Part shown: piece after piece, positions 1 through 9,337 of the stretch
How the letters are laid out: every line of letters begins with the position of its first letter
Numbering within the stretch: position 1 is the stretch's first letter
From: a virus
IMG/VR virus record: IMGVR_UViG_3300037311_000179
DNA: 64,000 bases
Reading direction: 5' to 3' (one strand)
Program-made: the position numbers and the translations under genes
Notes under the pieces: model-generated
The model's database searches: none
The model's input: only the letters and a program-made list of their open reading frames with translations
Told to the model about the DNA's origin: nothing

Positions 1-1
1 A

Positions 2-280
2 ATGATCAAGCGTCACGGATTCGAGCCGCCGCACAAAAGCGCATGCGTGTTCTGCCCTTCGAACAAAATGGCAGAGTGGGTCGAGTATCGAAAGCGTCTC
101 CCCGAAGACTTCGAGATCACGATGGAGATGTCCAGACAGGCCGAGATCGAGTCGCCGGATGTTGTAGGGCTCATGCGATGCAACAAGCCGGGGAAGCGAC
201 AGCTTCATCTCCACATCTGGCAGGACGAAGACAAGAGCGACGCTGAAGGCGCTGAAATGCCTTGCGACTGCGCTCTCTGA
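2..280 (+). CDS. C-terminal part of a PAPS-reductase-like protein (truncated by window edge)
   Basis: PPHKSACVFCP motif typical of the C-terminus of phage PAPS-reductase-family proteins; open to window start. Confidence 0.55.
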   Translation: MIKRHGFEPPHKSACVFCPSNKMAEWVEYRKRLPEDFEITMEMSRQAEIESPDVVGLMRCNKPGKRQLHLHIWQDEDKSDAEGAEMPCDCAL

Positions 281-284
281 GGAT

Positions 285-1004
285 CTACCTCGGAAACGTC
301 AGACAGGCTTCGGCCACGACTTCGCGAAGTCGGAGGAGCTCTGCGTTTCTGGCTCGATCCCAGACTTGCCCACGACTGCGTCCGACGGCGGCGTTGGCGG
401 CGGCGGTGGCAGCGGCGTAGGCGGCGTAGGCCGCGTCGGCGGCGGTGGCAGCGGCGTAGGCGGCGAAGGCGGCGGCGTCGGCAGCGTCGGCGGCGGCGGC
501 GGCGTCGGCGGCGAAGGCGGCGGCGTCGGCAGCGTCGGCGGCGGCGGCGAAGGCGGCGTCGGCGGCGGCGCGCACTTCTTCGATCGTCGCGTCGCCAACC
601 ACCCAGCGCTCTGTTGTCTCAATTGCAATCCGCGGACGCGCTTCGTCTTCAGGCGCGAAGCGAAGCGCCTCTCTCGCAATCTGACACGCACACCACACGC
701 CGACGAGGCGATCCCATGTGATAATCTTACGAATTGCCGCTCCTGCCCTCTTCTGCTGCATCGTCCACTGCGCTGCAATCTGTAACGCAAGGTCGATTCC
801 TGTTGCGCCACGCCATTCCCAAAAGTCACGCAACGAATGCGGCGTGCCCGAAATACCGTACTCTTCGAATGCGTCTTCCGCGTTTGCTGGATCGACAATC
901 GCTGCGCAGAGAACTGCCTCCAGCGTGACGGGCTCGCGCTTCGCGTAAGCTCTCACGGAGCGCATTGGAACTGCGGTGTAGATCGGGTGCATCTGCTCGC
1001 GCAT
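285..1004 (-). CDS. Imm5-like domain paralog family protein (Ala-rich)
   Basis: MREQMHPIYT N-terminus, WDRLVGVWCACQ, EDEARPRIAIETTERWVVG (Imm5-like DxRPRxAIEAAxxW), Ala-rich tract, ACLTFPR end shared with other copies. Confidence 0.75.
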   Translation of the reverse strand: MREQMHPIYTAVPMRSVRAYAKREPVTLEAVLCAAIVDPANAEDAFEEYGISGTPHSLRDFWEWRGATGIDLALQIAAQWTMQQKRAGAAIRKIITWDRLVGVWCACQIAREALRFAPEDEARPRIAIETTERWVVGDATIEEVRAAADAAFAAAADAADAAAFAADAAAAADAADAAAFAAYAAATAADAAYAAYAAATAAANAAVGRSRGQVWDRARNAELLRLREVVAEACLTFPR

Positions 1005-1007
1005 CGG

Positions 1008-1742
1008 CTACCTCGGAAACTTCATGCAGGCGTTGGCGATCACTTCGCGGAGACGAGCGAGTTCCTTGATTCTGGCGAGACGCCGCGATCTGCGATATTG
1101 TCGATCTTCAATGTACGCACCTGCATCCGCTATGGCGTACGCTTCAGCGGCAGCGTCGGCGGTGGCGGCGGCGGCGTCGACGGCTGCGGCAAAGACGACG
1201 ACATAGGCGGCGTGGGATGCGTCGGCAGCGGATCGAGCAGCGTAAGCTAAGGCGGGTGGAGTGCCATCGCGAGCAGCCGCGTAGGAGTAGTCAGCGGCGG
1301 CGTCGGCAGCGGCGTAAGAGGCGTCTCGCACTTCCTCGACCGCCACGTCGCCCACCACCCAGCGCTCCGCTGTCTCGATCGCGGCCCGAGGACGATTTTC
1401 ATCTGGAGGTACGTATCGAAGAGCCTCCCTTGAAACCTGACACGCACACCAAGCTCCGACGCGGTGATCCCACGCAATGATCTGCCGAATTGCTATCTCT
1501 GGACCCTGCTGCTGCATCGTCCATTCTGCGACGGTTTGCAGAGCAGCAGATACGCCATTCGCGCCGCTCGTCAGCGCAAAGTCTGACAGGTTATGAGGAG
1601 TGCCTGCGACGCCGTATTCGCGAGCTGCATCGTCCGCTTCATCAGGATCGGTGATTAGCGCGCACAATACCTCTACCAGCGAGCCGACGTTCGAATACGC
1701 GGCCAGCGAGCGCTCTGGAATCAGAGAGTAGACCGTCGACAT
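1008..1742 (-). CDS. Imm5-like domain paralog family protein
   Basis: WDHRVGAWCACQ, DENRPRAAIETAERW, ACMKFPR end. Confidence 0.75.
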   Translation of the reverse strand: MSTVYSLIPERSLAAYSNVGSLVEVLCALITDPDEADDAAREYGVAGTPHNLSDFALTSGANGVSAALQTVAEWTMQQQGPEIAIRQIIAWDHRVGAWCACQVSREALRYVPPDENRPRAAIETAERWVVGDVAVEEVRDASYAAADAAADYSYAAARDGTPPALAYAARSAADASHAAYVVVFAAAVDAAAATADAAAEAYAIADAGAYIEDRQYRRSRRLARIKELARLREVIANACMKFPR

Positions 1743-1751
1743 CCGAACTTC

Positions 1752-2009
1752 TCAGCGGGTCGGAATGTATCCGAGACCGCCTCGAATCCCGCCGGTCGAT
1801 CTGACGATGTCCTGGTAGGCGTTGCGCTCTGCGATCGTGACGGCCGCCTTCTTGGTCGCGTACTGGCTGATCGCCAGAATCCCAAGAACAACCGCGCTAC
1901 CCACCCCGACAGCGGCGACGATCTGCGTCGTTTGCAGCTTTCGTTGCAGTTCTTCCACTGACGCTTGGCCAGATGGCATGTACTCGATACCGTTCTCTTG
2001 GTCGCTCAT
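1752..2009 (-). CDS. small membrane protein
   Basis: 85 aa ORF in operon context; one hydrophobic segment IVAAVGVGSAVVLGILAI. Confidence 0.6.
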   Translation of the reverse strand: MSDQENGIEYMPSGQASVEELQRKLQTTQIVAAVGVGSAVVLGILAISQYATKKAAVTIAERNAYQDIVRSTGGIRGGLGYIPTR

Positions 2010-2018
2010 GAGGCAAGT

Positions 2019-3383
2019 CTAGCGCGACCTGCCTCTCCTTCGACCGCCAGATCGCTTCGAGCCCCTATACGCTCTCCGAGAACGATGCTCTACATGCACT
2101 TCGCTTCGCTCCACAGGATCGAGGCTGTAGCACCACTTCTTGTGGTCCTTGTGAACGTTCTCCTGGCCTTTCGAGTGAATCCATCGAAGACATGCCGCCA
2201 CAGATCCAGGCGTCATCCAGCGAATGCCGCTCTGAATGTCTTCTACTGAGAGCCACTTCCCGGCATTGGATTTCAGATATTCAAGAACGTCTTTTGCCCC
2301 GAAGCGACGGCCCGGATGAGTGATCGATGATCCGGGACGAGCGTACGGAAGCTGCAACTCTTTCGCGGCGTCTCGAATCTCTTGAAGCGTCTCATTTTCG
2401 ATCTGCCTCACACGCTCTTTACTTACTCCAATGACCGCGCCGATCTCTTCGAGCGTCATCGGATTGAAATCTTCCCCGCGGTCAATTCCGTATCGCAACT
2501 GCAATAGTTGGACTGATCGTGGAGGCAGCTCGCAGTACCGGATCAAGTCTTGAACGACGTATCTGACATCTTCTAGGTTCTCGGCGTCATCGATCTCATT
2601 GGCGTTTTCAGGCAGTCTGAACGAATCATGTGCGTCGGAATATCCGCGATCATCGGAATCGGCTCCGCGAAATGGAGCATCGAGATACATGACCCGAGCC
2701 GTCGGAGGCGTTACCGCGCTGATCACGTCGTTGACGTTCTCTCGGAGAGATTCCGCGACATCGGTGATCGAAATCGACCCGTTCTTCTTGGAAGAAACCG
2801 CTTCGATTTTCTTGCGAAGCGCTCGATCTCGGTCGTGCTTGTGTACTGGAATGCGAATGTCAGAAGCGTGATTGCAGACGTACCGCTTCATGAATGCGCG
2901 AATCCACCACACGGCATACGTAGAGAATACGTGCCCGCGACCGACGTCGAAGCGCTCCGCCGCCCGCTTGATGCCGAAGAATCCTTCCTGCTCGATCTCT
3001 GTACAGTCGATCGCTGGGGCCGACCGCGCGTACATCGAGGCCAGGTTCTTCACGATGCCGGTGTTCAGGACGACGAGCTCTCCGAGCGTGTGTCGTAGCA
3101 TGTGGTCGCAAACACGAATGTCGCGACCAGCCGCCGCCGACAGCTTGGACGCCGACTTGGCTGCCAGGACGACGATCTCTCTGTTCTCGTCCATCGACCT
3201 GAGCTCTTCGAGCGACATCGGATCAGATCGCTTGTAGGCGTCGAGAATGTACGTCCCGCCCGCAGCTAAGATCTCGGCGTTCACGAAGGCCGGACCCACC
3301 GCCAAGATCGCACTCCAGCGGTCTCGTTCGAGCTCTTGATACCGAGCGACGAGCTCGATGTTTCTCGAAAAATCCTGCTTCAC
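2019..3383 (-). CDS. sigma-70 (RpoD/RpoH-like) RNA polymerase sigma factor with C-terminal extension
   Basis: Region 2 EQEGFFGIKRAAERFDVGRGHVFSTYAVWWIR, IRIPVH, region 4 MTLEEIGAVIGVSKERVRQIE; extra roughly 90 aa wHTH-like tail. Confidence 0.9.
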   Translation of the reverse strand: MKQDFSRNIELVARYQELERDRWSAILAVGPAFVNAEILAAGGTYILDAYKRSDPMSLEELRSMDENREIVVLAAKSASKLSAAAGRDIRVCDHMLRHTLGELVVLNTGIVKNLASMYARSAPAIDCTEIEQEGFFGIKRAAERFDVGRGHVFSTYAVWWIRAFMKRYVCNHASDIRIPVHKHDRDRALRKKIEAVSSKKNGSISITDVAESLRENVNDVISAVTPPTARVMYLDAPFRGADSDDRGYSDAHDSFRLPENANEIDDAENLEDVRYVVQDLIRYCELPPRSVQLLQLRYGIDRGEDFNPMTLEEIGAVIGVSKERVRQIENETLQEIRDAAKELQLPYARPGSSITHPGRRFGAKDVLEYLKSNAGKWLSVEDIQSGIRWMTPGSVAACLRWIHSKGQENVHKDHKKWCYSLDPVERSEVHVEHRSRRAYRGSKRSGGRRRGRSR

Positions 3384-3437
3384 AGGGGAGTGAATATCCC
3401 CGACTTCACTCCCCTGTCGAGTCTGCCGATCAAGGAT

Positions 3438-4046
3438 TCAGACGATCAGACCTGCCGTACGCAGGTGAGAGACGGTCGCGATTCCGATCTCCGTCGAGTA
3501 AAGTCCCTGGGAAATCGCGAGTTCCGCTGGCCGGTAGAGCTGCTCGGAAAAATCGCCGAGCTCCGGGGTGATGACGTATCCGCCTTCGAGAATCTTCTTC
3601 GCGTCCGTCGCAGGGTCCACCGTCCCAGTGAGCGCGGAGTAGACCTCGTTTCCGGCGCGCAACGCTTCGACCTCCAGACGAATGCGGGCCTCGGGCTCGA
3701 CGACGTAGAGCCACCACATGTGAAGGTGGTGAGGCACATCTGCCTGCGGCGTCGTGCGATGCCACTGAACGCCATGCTGCGCCTCGTGGGCGAGGATCGA
3801 GGCCCGGACGATCGGATCGGACTTCTCTGCAATGAAAAGCCGATCGGCGAAAGCGAAGGACCAGTTCGCGAGCCACTCTTTGCCGCTTGGCATGTTCGGT
3901 CGAAACATGCGGATCGCGTCGATCACAAACGCGATCTTGTCGAGCTCTGGGACGTCGTTGCGATCGACGACGTAGAGCTTGAACGTGTCGCGGATGAAGC
4001 GTTCGTAGTTGGCGTAATCCTGCTCTGTGAATGGACGAGTCAGCAC
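3438..4046 (-). CDS. putative zinc metallopeptidase
   Basis: ILAHEAQHGVQ (HExxH) with downstream LEVEALRA; AGGAGA Shine-Dalgarno before GTG. Confidence 0.55.
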   Translation of the reverse strand: MLTRPFTEQDYANYERFIRDTFKLYVVDRNDVPELDKIAFVIDAIRMFRPNMPSGKEWLANWSFAFADRLFIAEKSDPIVRASILAHEAQHGVQWHRTTPQADVPHHLHMWWLYVVEPEARIRLEVEALRAGNEVYSALTGTVDPATDAKKILEGGYVITPELGDFSEQLYRPAELAISQGLYSTEIGIATVSHLRTAGLIV

Positions 4047-4067
4047 GTTGTTCTCCTGGGGTTCGAG

Positions 4068-5243
4068 TCACTCGCTCGGGATGCCAGGAATCTCCTGAGC
4101 ACCCTGAGACATGGCCTGTTGTTCAGCAGCGATTCGCTGCATGTCTTCGGAAGAAAGACCGAACATCTTGCTGACCAACAATCCCACCATTGGGAGCAAC
4201 GGTTCGATCATCTTGGGATCGAATCCGCCCTTGGTCCCGTCCTTGGAGAACTTCGCGGTCAGCTCCATCTCCATGATCCTTCTTTCGAGAGCGGAAGATC
4301 GAACGCGCTCTTTGTAGAGATCGTCTTTTGCCTTCTGCTCTTCGGAAAGCGCTTCTCGATACTTCCGAGACCATCGATCGGACTCTTCCGTGATCTGATC
4401 GTTGAATCTGCGACGCAGATCGAGGTTTTCGTTCTGAAGTGCCGCGTTGGCAGAACGAAGCCGGTCGTTCTCTGACCTCAGCGATTCGAGATTGGCCTGC
4501 ATTGTCTCCGGCGAACTTCCGCGAGATGCAAGCACGGCGTCGAGCAGCTTAGCCGTCAGATTCGCGCTGTCGGCCTGTGGTCCTGGACGCGGCGGAAAGC
4601 CACCATATCCACCAAAACCAGGAGGTCCCATTCCTGGATGTCCGCCGTATCCACCGAAGCGCGGATCGAAGCGCGGATCGAAGCGCGGATCGAAGCGCGG
4701 ATATCTGTCGCGCTCCTCTCGGTCCCTGGAGAAGCGGCGTCCGAATTGCTCCTCGCGAGGATCTGGACGCTCTTCTTGGAGATCTTCTGCCCAGAGAACA
4801 GGACCGGCAATCGAAACCCTTCTCTCGCCGAGCTGGCGAGAGTTTTCTCCGGTAGCCACCAGTGAGAACTCTCCACCGCCGAACTCTCTCTGAATGAGAG
4901 CCACGTCAGCAGTGGGTGGGATGTCAGCCAAATAGAAAGCCTTGTGCTCGTTGTCCCGCTCATCGAAGATGACGCCGGAGACCTGAATTGCGCGACACTT
5001 GCTGAGCGGGACGTCGACGAAGAGGGTGCAGTTGTCGGCGGAGTCTTCGCCTTGCTGTTGATCGCGACGATTCTTCATTGCAGGAGCTCCTCGATGTGAA
5101 GCGGAAGGTACAGGAGCTTCCGGCTCAGATCCACCAGACGATGACTCCCCCTGATCGTGCGACAATGGTTTCGTAGGAGCATCATCGTTGAAGAGATTCT
5201 CACCGATCGGCTTGAACCCAAATCGTCCAGGCTTGCGTTTCAT
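4068..5243 (-). CDS. hypothetical protein with FDPR repeats, Gly/Pro-rich linker and coiled coil
   Basis: 391 aa ORF; heptad-rich segment NLESLRSENDRLRSANAALQNENLDLRRR. Confidence 0.7.
   Translation of the reverse strand: MKRKPGRFGFKPIGENLFNDDAPTKPLSHDQGESSSGGSEPEAPVPSASHRGAPAMKNRRDQQQGEDSADNCTLFVDVPLSKCRAIQVSGVIFDERDNEHKAFYLADIPPTADVALIQREFGGGEFSLVATGENSRQLGERRVSIAGPVLWAEDLQEERPDPREEQFGRRFSRDREERDRYPRFDPRFDPRFDPRFGGYGGHPGMGPPGFGGYGGFPPRPGPQADSANLTAKLLDAVLASRGSSPETMQANLESLRSENDRLRSANAALQNENLDLRRRFNDQITEESDRWSRKYREALSEEQKAKDDLYKERVRSSALERRIMEMELTAKFSKDGTKGGFDPKMIEPLLPMVGLLVSKMFGLSSEDMQRIAAEQQAMSQGAQEIPGIPSE
4656..4703. repeat. 4 x 12-bp tandem repeat GAAGCGCGGATC (encodes RFDP repeats on - strand)
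   Basis: Read directly; last copy ends ATA. Confidence 0.9.
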
Positions 5244-5282
5244 TTCCCGATATTGACCACGGCTACTGGTCCCTGTAAAGAC

Positions 5283-5318
5283 AGAGCCCCTGGGCGTGGA
5301 CTAGACGCCAGGGGCTCT
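5283..5318. promoter_or_regulatory. GC-rich hairpin in divergent intergenic region
   Basis: AGAGCCCCTGGGCGT...ACGCCAGGGGCTCT inverted repeat (one bulge) between divergently oriented ORFs 5243(-) and 5407(+); function not established. Confidence 0.45.
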
Positions 5319-5406
5319 TACGCCGAGGAAACGAGCGATGATCCTGGACGCTGAAAACGACGCTACAGCGTCATCTGGTTTCCGTCAATTCGGAGAATGA
5401 AACCAG

Positions 5407-7893
5407 ATGGCATCTAACTGGAGGCAGGTCAGCCAGCGTCGGCGATGCAATCACTGCAACGCCGATCACTGGTGTCGATACACTGCCGACGGAGCCGTCG
5501 AGCTGTGCATGCACAACCTCGACGGCCCGAAAGCCCGTCGGCAAGTCAACGCACGCGGAGAGGAGTACGCCCTCTATTTTGCGGGCGAATCAGCGCCAGA
5601 GCTCGGTCGAACCTACGAGAAAGACGATGATGGGTCGGCAGACCCGGATCAGCTTCATGCGGTATACGAAGCATTGCTCGATACGATGCCACTCACCCCG
5701 GAGCATCGAGAGAATCTTCTCGCGCGAGGGCTATCGGAATCGTGGATCGAACGAGCGAAGTACCGGAGCTGTTCGAGCGACTTCGACGGAAAGACGATCG
5801 CGAAGCTGAGACGGCTGTTCAGTACGGACACGCTCAGGAAAATCCCAGGTTTCATCGAAACCAATACGGGTTTCATCTTCAATGCGAAGTCGGGCATCGT
5901 GGTTCCGGCTCGCGACCCCAAGCAACGGATCATCGCGCTCAAGCTCCGTCGTGACGAGGCGACGAGGAGCTCGGATCGATACCGCTGGATCACCTCACGA
6001 ACCGACGACTACCCAGGGCCAAGTCCGGGATCTCCCGCCCACGTCCCCCTGTGGAAGAAAGGTCCGGTCAAGGAAGTCAGGATCACTGAGGGCGAGCTCA
6101 AGGCCGACGTCGCCACGGAGCTGAGCGGCATCCTCACGATTTCGATTCCTGGTGCGACCGCCATTCGCTCCTGCCTAAACGCGCTCGCCGAGCTCGGGCC
6201 CAAGAAGGTTCGTCTCGCGTGGGACGCGGACAAAGCTCGCGTGCCCGAGCCCGTCGAAGAGGGGAAGCCTCGGAAACGGAATTTCGTGGCGATCGGCCTT
6301 CAAAGCGCAGCATTGACGCTGAAGGGCAAGGGCTACGAGATCTCGGTCGAGCACTGGCCCATCGCGCAGGGCAAGGGCATCGACGACATGCTGAGTCAGC
6401 GCCGCGACAGCTCCGTCGTGCAATACGCTGGCGAAAGAGCATGGCGCGTGATCGAGCAAACGCTGATCCGCGTCGGCGAGGACCCGCTGCCGGAGGTCAA
6501 ACAGCTCGCAAACCCTCGGATGGCCGAGGAGCCGGAATTCCAGCCAGACGATCGCGCGGATGAGGTTTTCCCGGACATCCCTCCCGCGTCCGACTGGCTC
6601 GAACAGCTTCCTCGGCGTGAAAATGGTGCGGTCATTTGCCGCGTGTCCTCGGTCGCCGCGATCCTGCGGAACGATCCGCAGTGGGCAGGACGCCTCGCTT
6701 TCGACGAAATGTCCCGGATGCCTCTGCTCGACGGCCGCGAAATCGAAGAGCCCGTAGGCATGGTCAAGATCCAGGAAGCGCTGGAGAATTCCTGGGATTT
6801 CACCATCGACACCTCGAAGATGACGATGGCCACGCTGCTCGTCGCGAACGAGCGATCGTTCCATCCGGTCCGGCGGTACCTGTCGGGCTTGAGGTGGGAC
6901 GGCAAGCCCCGGATCGAGCGCATCGTCAGCCACATTCTGCGGATCAAAGAGCCGCAAACGCTCGACGGCACCTACGTCAGAATGATGCTTCTGTCCGCGG
7001 TTCGACGCATCACCTCGCCCGGAACCAAGGTGGACACCACCTTCGTGCTTCAGGGTCCGCAGGGCGCGAAGAAATCGACGTTCTTTCGAGTGCTCGGAGC
7101 GCCGTGGTTCTCCGACACGCACATGAACATCGACGATCGCGACGGCAAAATGCAGCTCGCGGCCAACTGGATCTACGAGTGGGGCGAGATCGAGAAGATC
7201 ACCACGCTCAAACACGGGTCTCTTGTCAAGTCTTTTCTCTCATCGAGCGAAGACACCGTGCGTCTCCCGTACGCGAAGGCAGTTTCCCGCATCCCCCGCC
7301 ACTCGATCATCGTCGGCACGACGAACGAGGAGCATTTTCTCACGGATTCCACGGGAGATCGTCGGTATTGGGTCGTGAAGGTGTCGCAGCCGATCAACGA
7401 AGAGCTGCTGCGCGAGTGGCGCGACCAGATCTGGGCCGAAGCCGTTCACCTCGCCTCGGCTGGCGAGCGCACCGAGCCCCACTACCTGAGCGCCGAGCAA
7501 GAGCAGTCTCGCGCGACGGCCAACGAGCAGTTCAAGACCACCGACGTCTGGGACGACATCGTTGTCCGCTGGCTCAACCATCAGGACCACATCCTCGGCT
7601 GCTACAGCTTGGACGAGGTTTTCCGGCTGGCGCTCGGCGTCGACCCCAAGGACATCCGCAAGGGGGACGAGATGCGGATGGCAAAAATCCTCAGAAATCT
7701 CGGTTTCATCCACTCGTCGAACAAGGTCACGTTCTGGCGGAACGGCAAGAAGCTCTGGATGAAAGTCTGGTTGACACCGGACACCGGACCGTGGGTGAAT
7801 GAGGGCGATCTGTTGAAGCGACCCATGAAGGTCGACGACAGAAATGCGGAAAATCCGAAAGCGTTGCTGCTGACATCGTCGAACAGGTACTAA
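5407..7893 (+). CDS. primase (Zn-binding + Toprim/DUF3854-like) fused to VapE/VirE-family helicase
   Basis: N-terminal CNHC..WC..C; ITEGELKAD and LAWDAD, GKGIDD Toprim motifs; Walker A LQGPQGAKKSTF, WIYEWGEIE, GTTNEEHFLTDSTGDRRYW (VirE/VapE). Confidence 0.88.
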   Translation: MASNWRQVSQRRRCNHCNADHWCRYTADGAVELCMHNLDGPKARRQVNARGEEYALYFAGESAPELGRTYEKDDDGSADPDQLHAVYEALLDTMPLTPEHRENLLARGLSESWIERAKYRSCSSDFDGKTIAKLRRLFSTDTLRKIPGFIETNTGFIFNAKSGIVVPARDPKQRIIALKLRRDEATRSSDRYRWITSRTDDYPGPSPGSPAHVPLWKKGPVKEVRITEGELKADVATELSGILTISIPGATAIRSCLNALAELGPKKVRLAWDADKARVPEPVEEGKPRKRNFVAIGLQSAALTLKGKGYEISVEHWPIAQGKGIDDMLSQRRDSSVVQYAGERAWRVIEQTLIRVGEDPLPEVKQLANPRMAEEPEFQPDDRADEVFPDIPPASDWLEQLPRRENGAVICRVSSVAAILRNDPQWAGRLAFDEMSRMPLLDGREIEEPVGMVKIQEALENSWDFTIDTSKMTMATLLVANERSFHPVRRYLSGLRWDGKPRIERIVSHILRIKEPQTLDGTYVRMMLLSAVRRITSPGTKVDTTFVLQGPQGAKKSTFFRVLGAPWFSDTHMNIDDRDGKMQLAANWIYEWGEIEKITTLKHGSLVKSFLSSSEDTVRLPYAKAVSRIPRHSIIVGTTNEEHFLTDSTGDRRYWVVKVSQPINEELLREWRDQIWAEAVHLASAGERTEPHYLSAEQEQSRATANEQFKTTDVWDDIVVRWLNHQDHILGCYSLDEVFRLALGVDPKDIRKGDEMRMAKILRNLGFIHSSNKVTFWRNGKKLWMKVWLTPDTGPWVNEGDLLKRPMKVDDRNAENPKALLLTSSNRY

Positions 7894-7959
7894 AAGGTGT
7901 GTCTTTCTACCACATCTGATTACCGCTGTATCCCGACGATCGCACACGCCCTGAGCACT

Positions 7960-8350
7960 CTTGCTACCCGCCCTGGGTCGTTTTGCCAGTGGGTAGTGGA
8001 GGTGGGTAGAGCCAAAAACGCCAATGATTTCAACGGCGTCCAGTTGGTCTCTACCCACCTACCCGCCTCCTCGCACGCCCGCGCGTGATCGGGCGCAGGC
8101 GCGCATGCGCTTGCGGGTACGCCCCTACGCGCGCGCGTGCGCGCGCCCGCGTTTAACTTTGTACAGGTCCTACCTCCCTACTCCAAGACCTTTTATGGAA
8201 TTTAGAGGGTAAGGTGGGTAGGCGGGTAGAGACTATATGGACAGCGAGTAATACAAGCGAGATTCCTCGCTACCCACCTCTGCTACCCACCTTACCCACC
8301 TCGCCCAAAACCGGCCAAATTGGTAGTTATATGCAGGCGGGTAGCGCACC
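7960..8350. other. putative replication origin with iteron-like CTACCCACCT repeats
   Basis: No plausible gene; CTACCC(A/G)CCT at 8051, 8059, 8270, 8283 (partial at 8293) and inverted copies at about 7989-8009 and 8212-8229; CGCGCG-rich spacer; directly downstream of the primase-helicase. Confidence 0.55.
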
Positions 8351-8518
8351 ATCTACCACATCTCGACCATGGCGAGGCTCTAGGAGCCCGTTAAACGGCC
8401 GTAGTGGGGTCGACGATCGGACAGTCGAGGCAGACTCAAAACGTCGACTGCTGAGCCATCAGATCAAAGCTGGTATACCCTCGCGCGAGGGGGAGCTCGG
8501 TGTGCGAGACTAAGACCC

Positions 8519-9337
8519 ATGCTGATCGCGATTGGCGCTCTGACTGCGTGGGAGTCTCTCTGGTGGGCTCGGAGGCGGCTGCGGCGCTCTCAGGCGTTCG
8601 AACAGGCCGCAGCTCGGGCCGCGGAGCTGGATCGCCCGCTGGTCGTCGTGGGCTCCCCGGACGGTGGCGTCACGGCCGGGTACGGCTGCGGAGACATCAC
8701 CGTCGACATCGCTCCAACATCTACGTGTCCTACCTACATTCAGGCTGACATCACACAACGTATTCCAATGGCAGATGACTCCTGCGTTGTGTACGTCTCC
8801 TGCGTGCTCGAATACGTGGAAGATCTGGAAGCGGCCATGCGAGAGATCGACCGCGTCTCCGGCGGCGAGCGGCTCATCGTCCACGTCGAGCCGTGGACCG
8901 TCGCCGCGTACGCCTACCCAGGGGCGAAGCGAACGATTCCGTCGGGCCTGATGGACTCGCAGCGCTTCATGCCGAACGCAGACGCGACGCTCCGGTCCCA
9001 GGGCGGCTTCGCCCCGCTCCGGCTTCAGATCGCGGCGACGCCCGAGGACCGGGCGCTCGGGCTGATGTGGCGCTTCGCCCTGCCAGCGCGGGTGGGCATG
9101 CTCTTCGTCTGGCCGGAGGTCGGTCGCTACGGCTTCTGGATGCGCAGCACGTTCATCCCCCTCGACGTGATCTTCCTCGACGAAGAGCTCCGCGTGATCG
9201 AGATCTTCGCCAACGCCGAGCCGTGCTCGGAGGAGGTGTTCGAAGTGGATGGGGCCAAGTACATGCTCGAAGTCGCTGCGGGCTTGAGCGAGCAGATCGG
9301 CCTCCGCCGTGGGGATCGGCTGGTGGTTGCGCCATGA
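8519..9337 (+). CDS. membrane-anchored methyltransferase-like domain fused to DUF192
   Basis: N-terminal hydrophobic helix; YGCGDITVDI...IPMADDSCVVYVSCVLEYVEDLEAAMREIDRV (SAM-MTase-like); C-terminal ATPEDRALGLMWR..GMLFVW..FWMRSTFIPLDVIFLD..YMLEV (DUF192). Confidence 0.7.
   Translation: MLIAIGALTAWESLWWARRRLRRSQAFEQAAARAAELDRPLVVVGSPDGGVTAGYGCGDITVDIAPTSTCPTYIQADITQRIPMADDSCVVYVSCVLEYVEDLEAAMREIDRVSGGERLIVHVEPWTVAAYAYPGAKRTIPSGLMDSQRFMPNADATLRSQGGFAPLRLQIAATPEDRALGLMWRFALPARVGMLFVWPEVGRYGFWMRSTFIPLDVIFLDEELRVIEIFANAEPCSEEVFEVDGAKYMLEVAAGLSEQIGLRRGDRLVVAP

Noticed and set aside
299-1250. Pro-rich and Gly-rich ORFs (299-898, 366-785) and similar at 18804-20591
   Set aside because: Alternative-frame or antisense readings of the GCC-rich Ala tracts.
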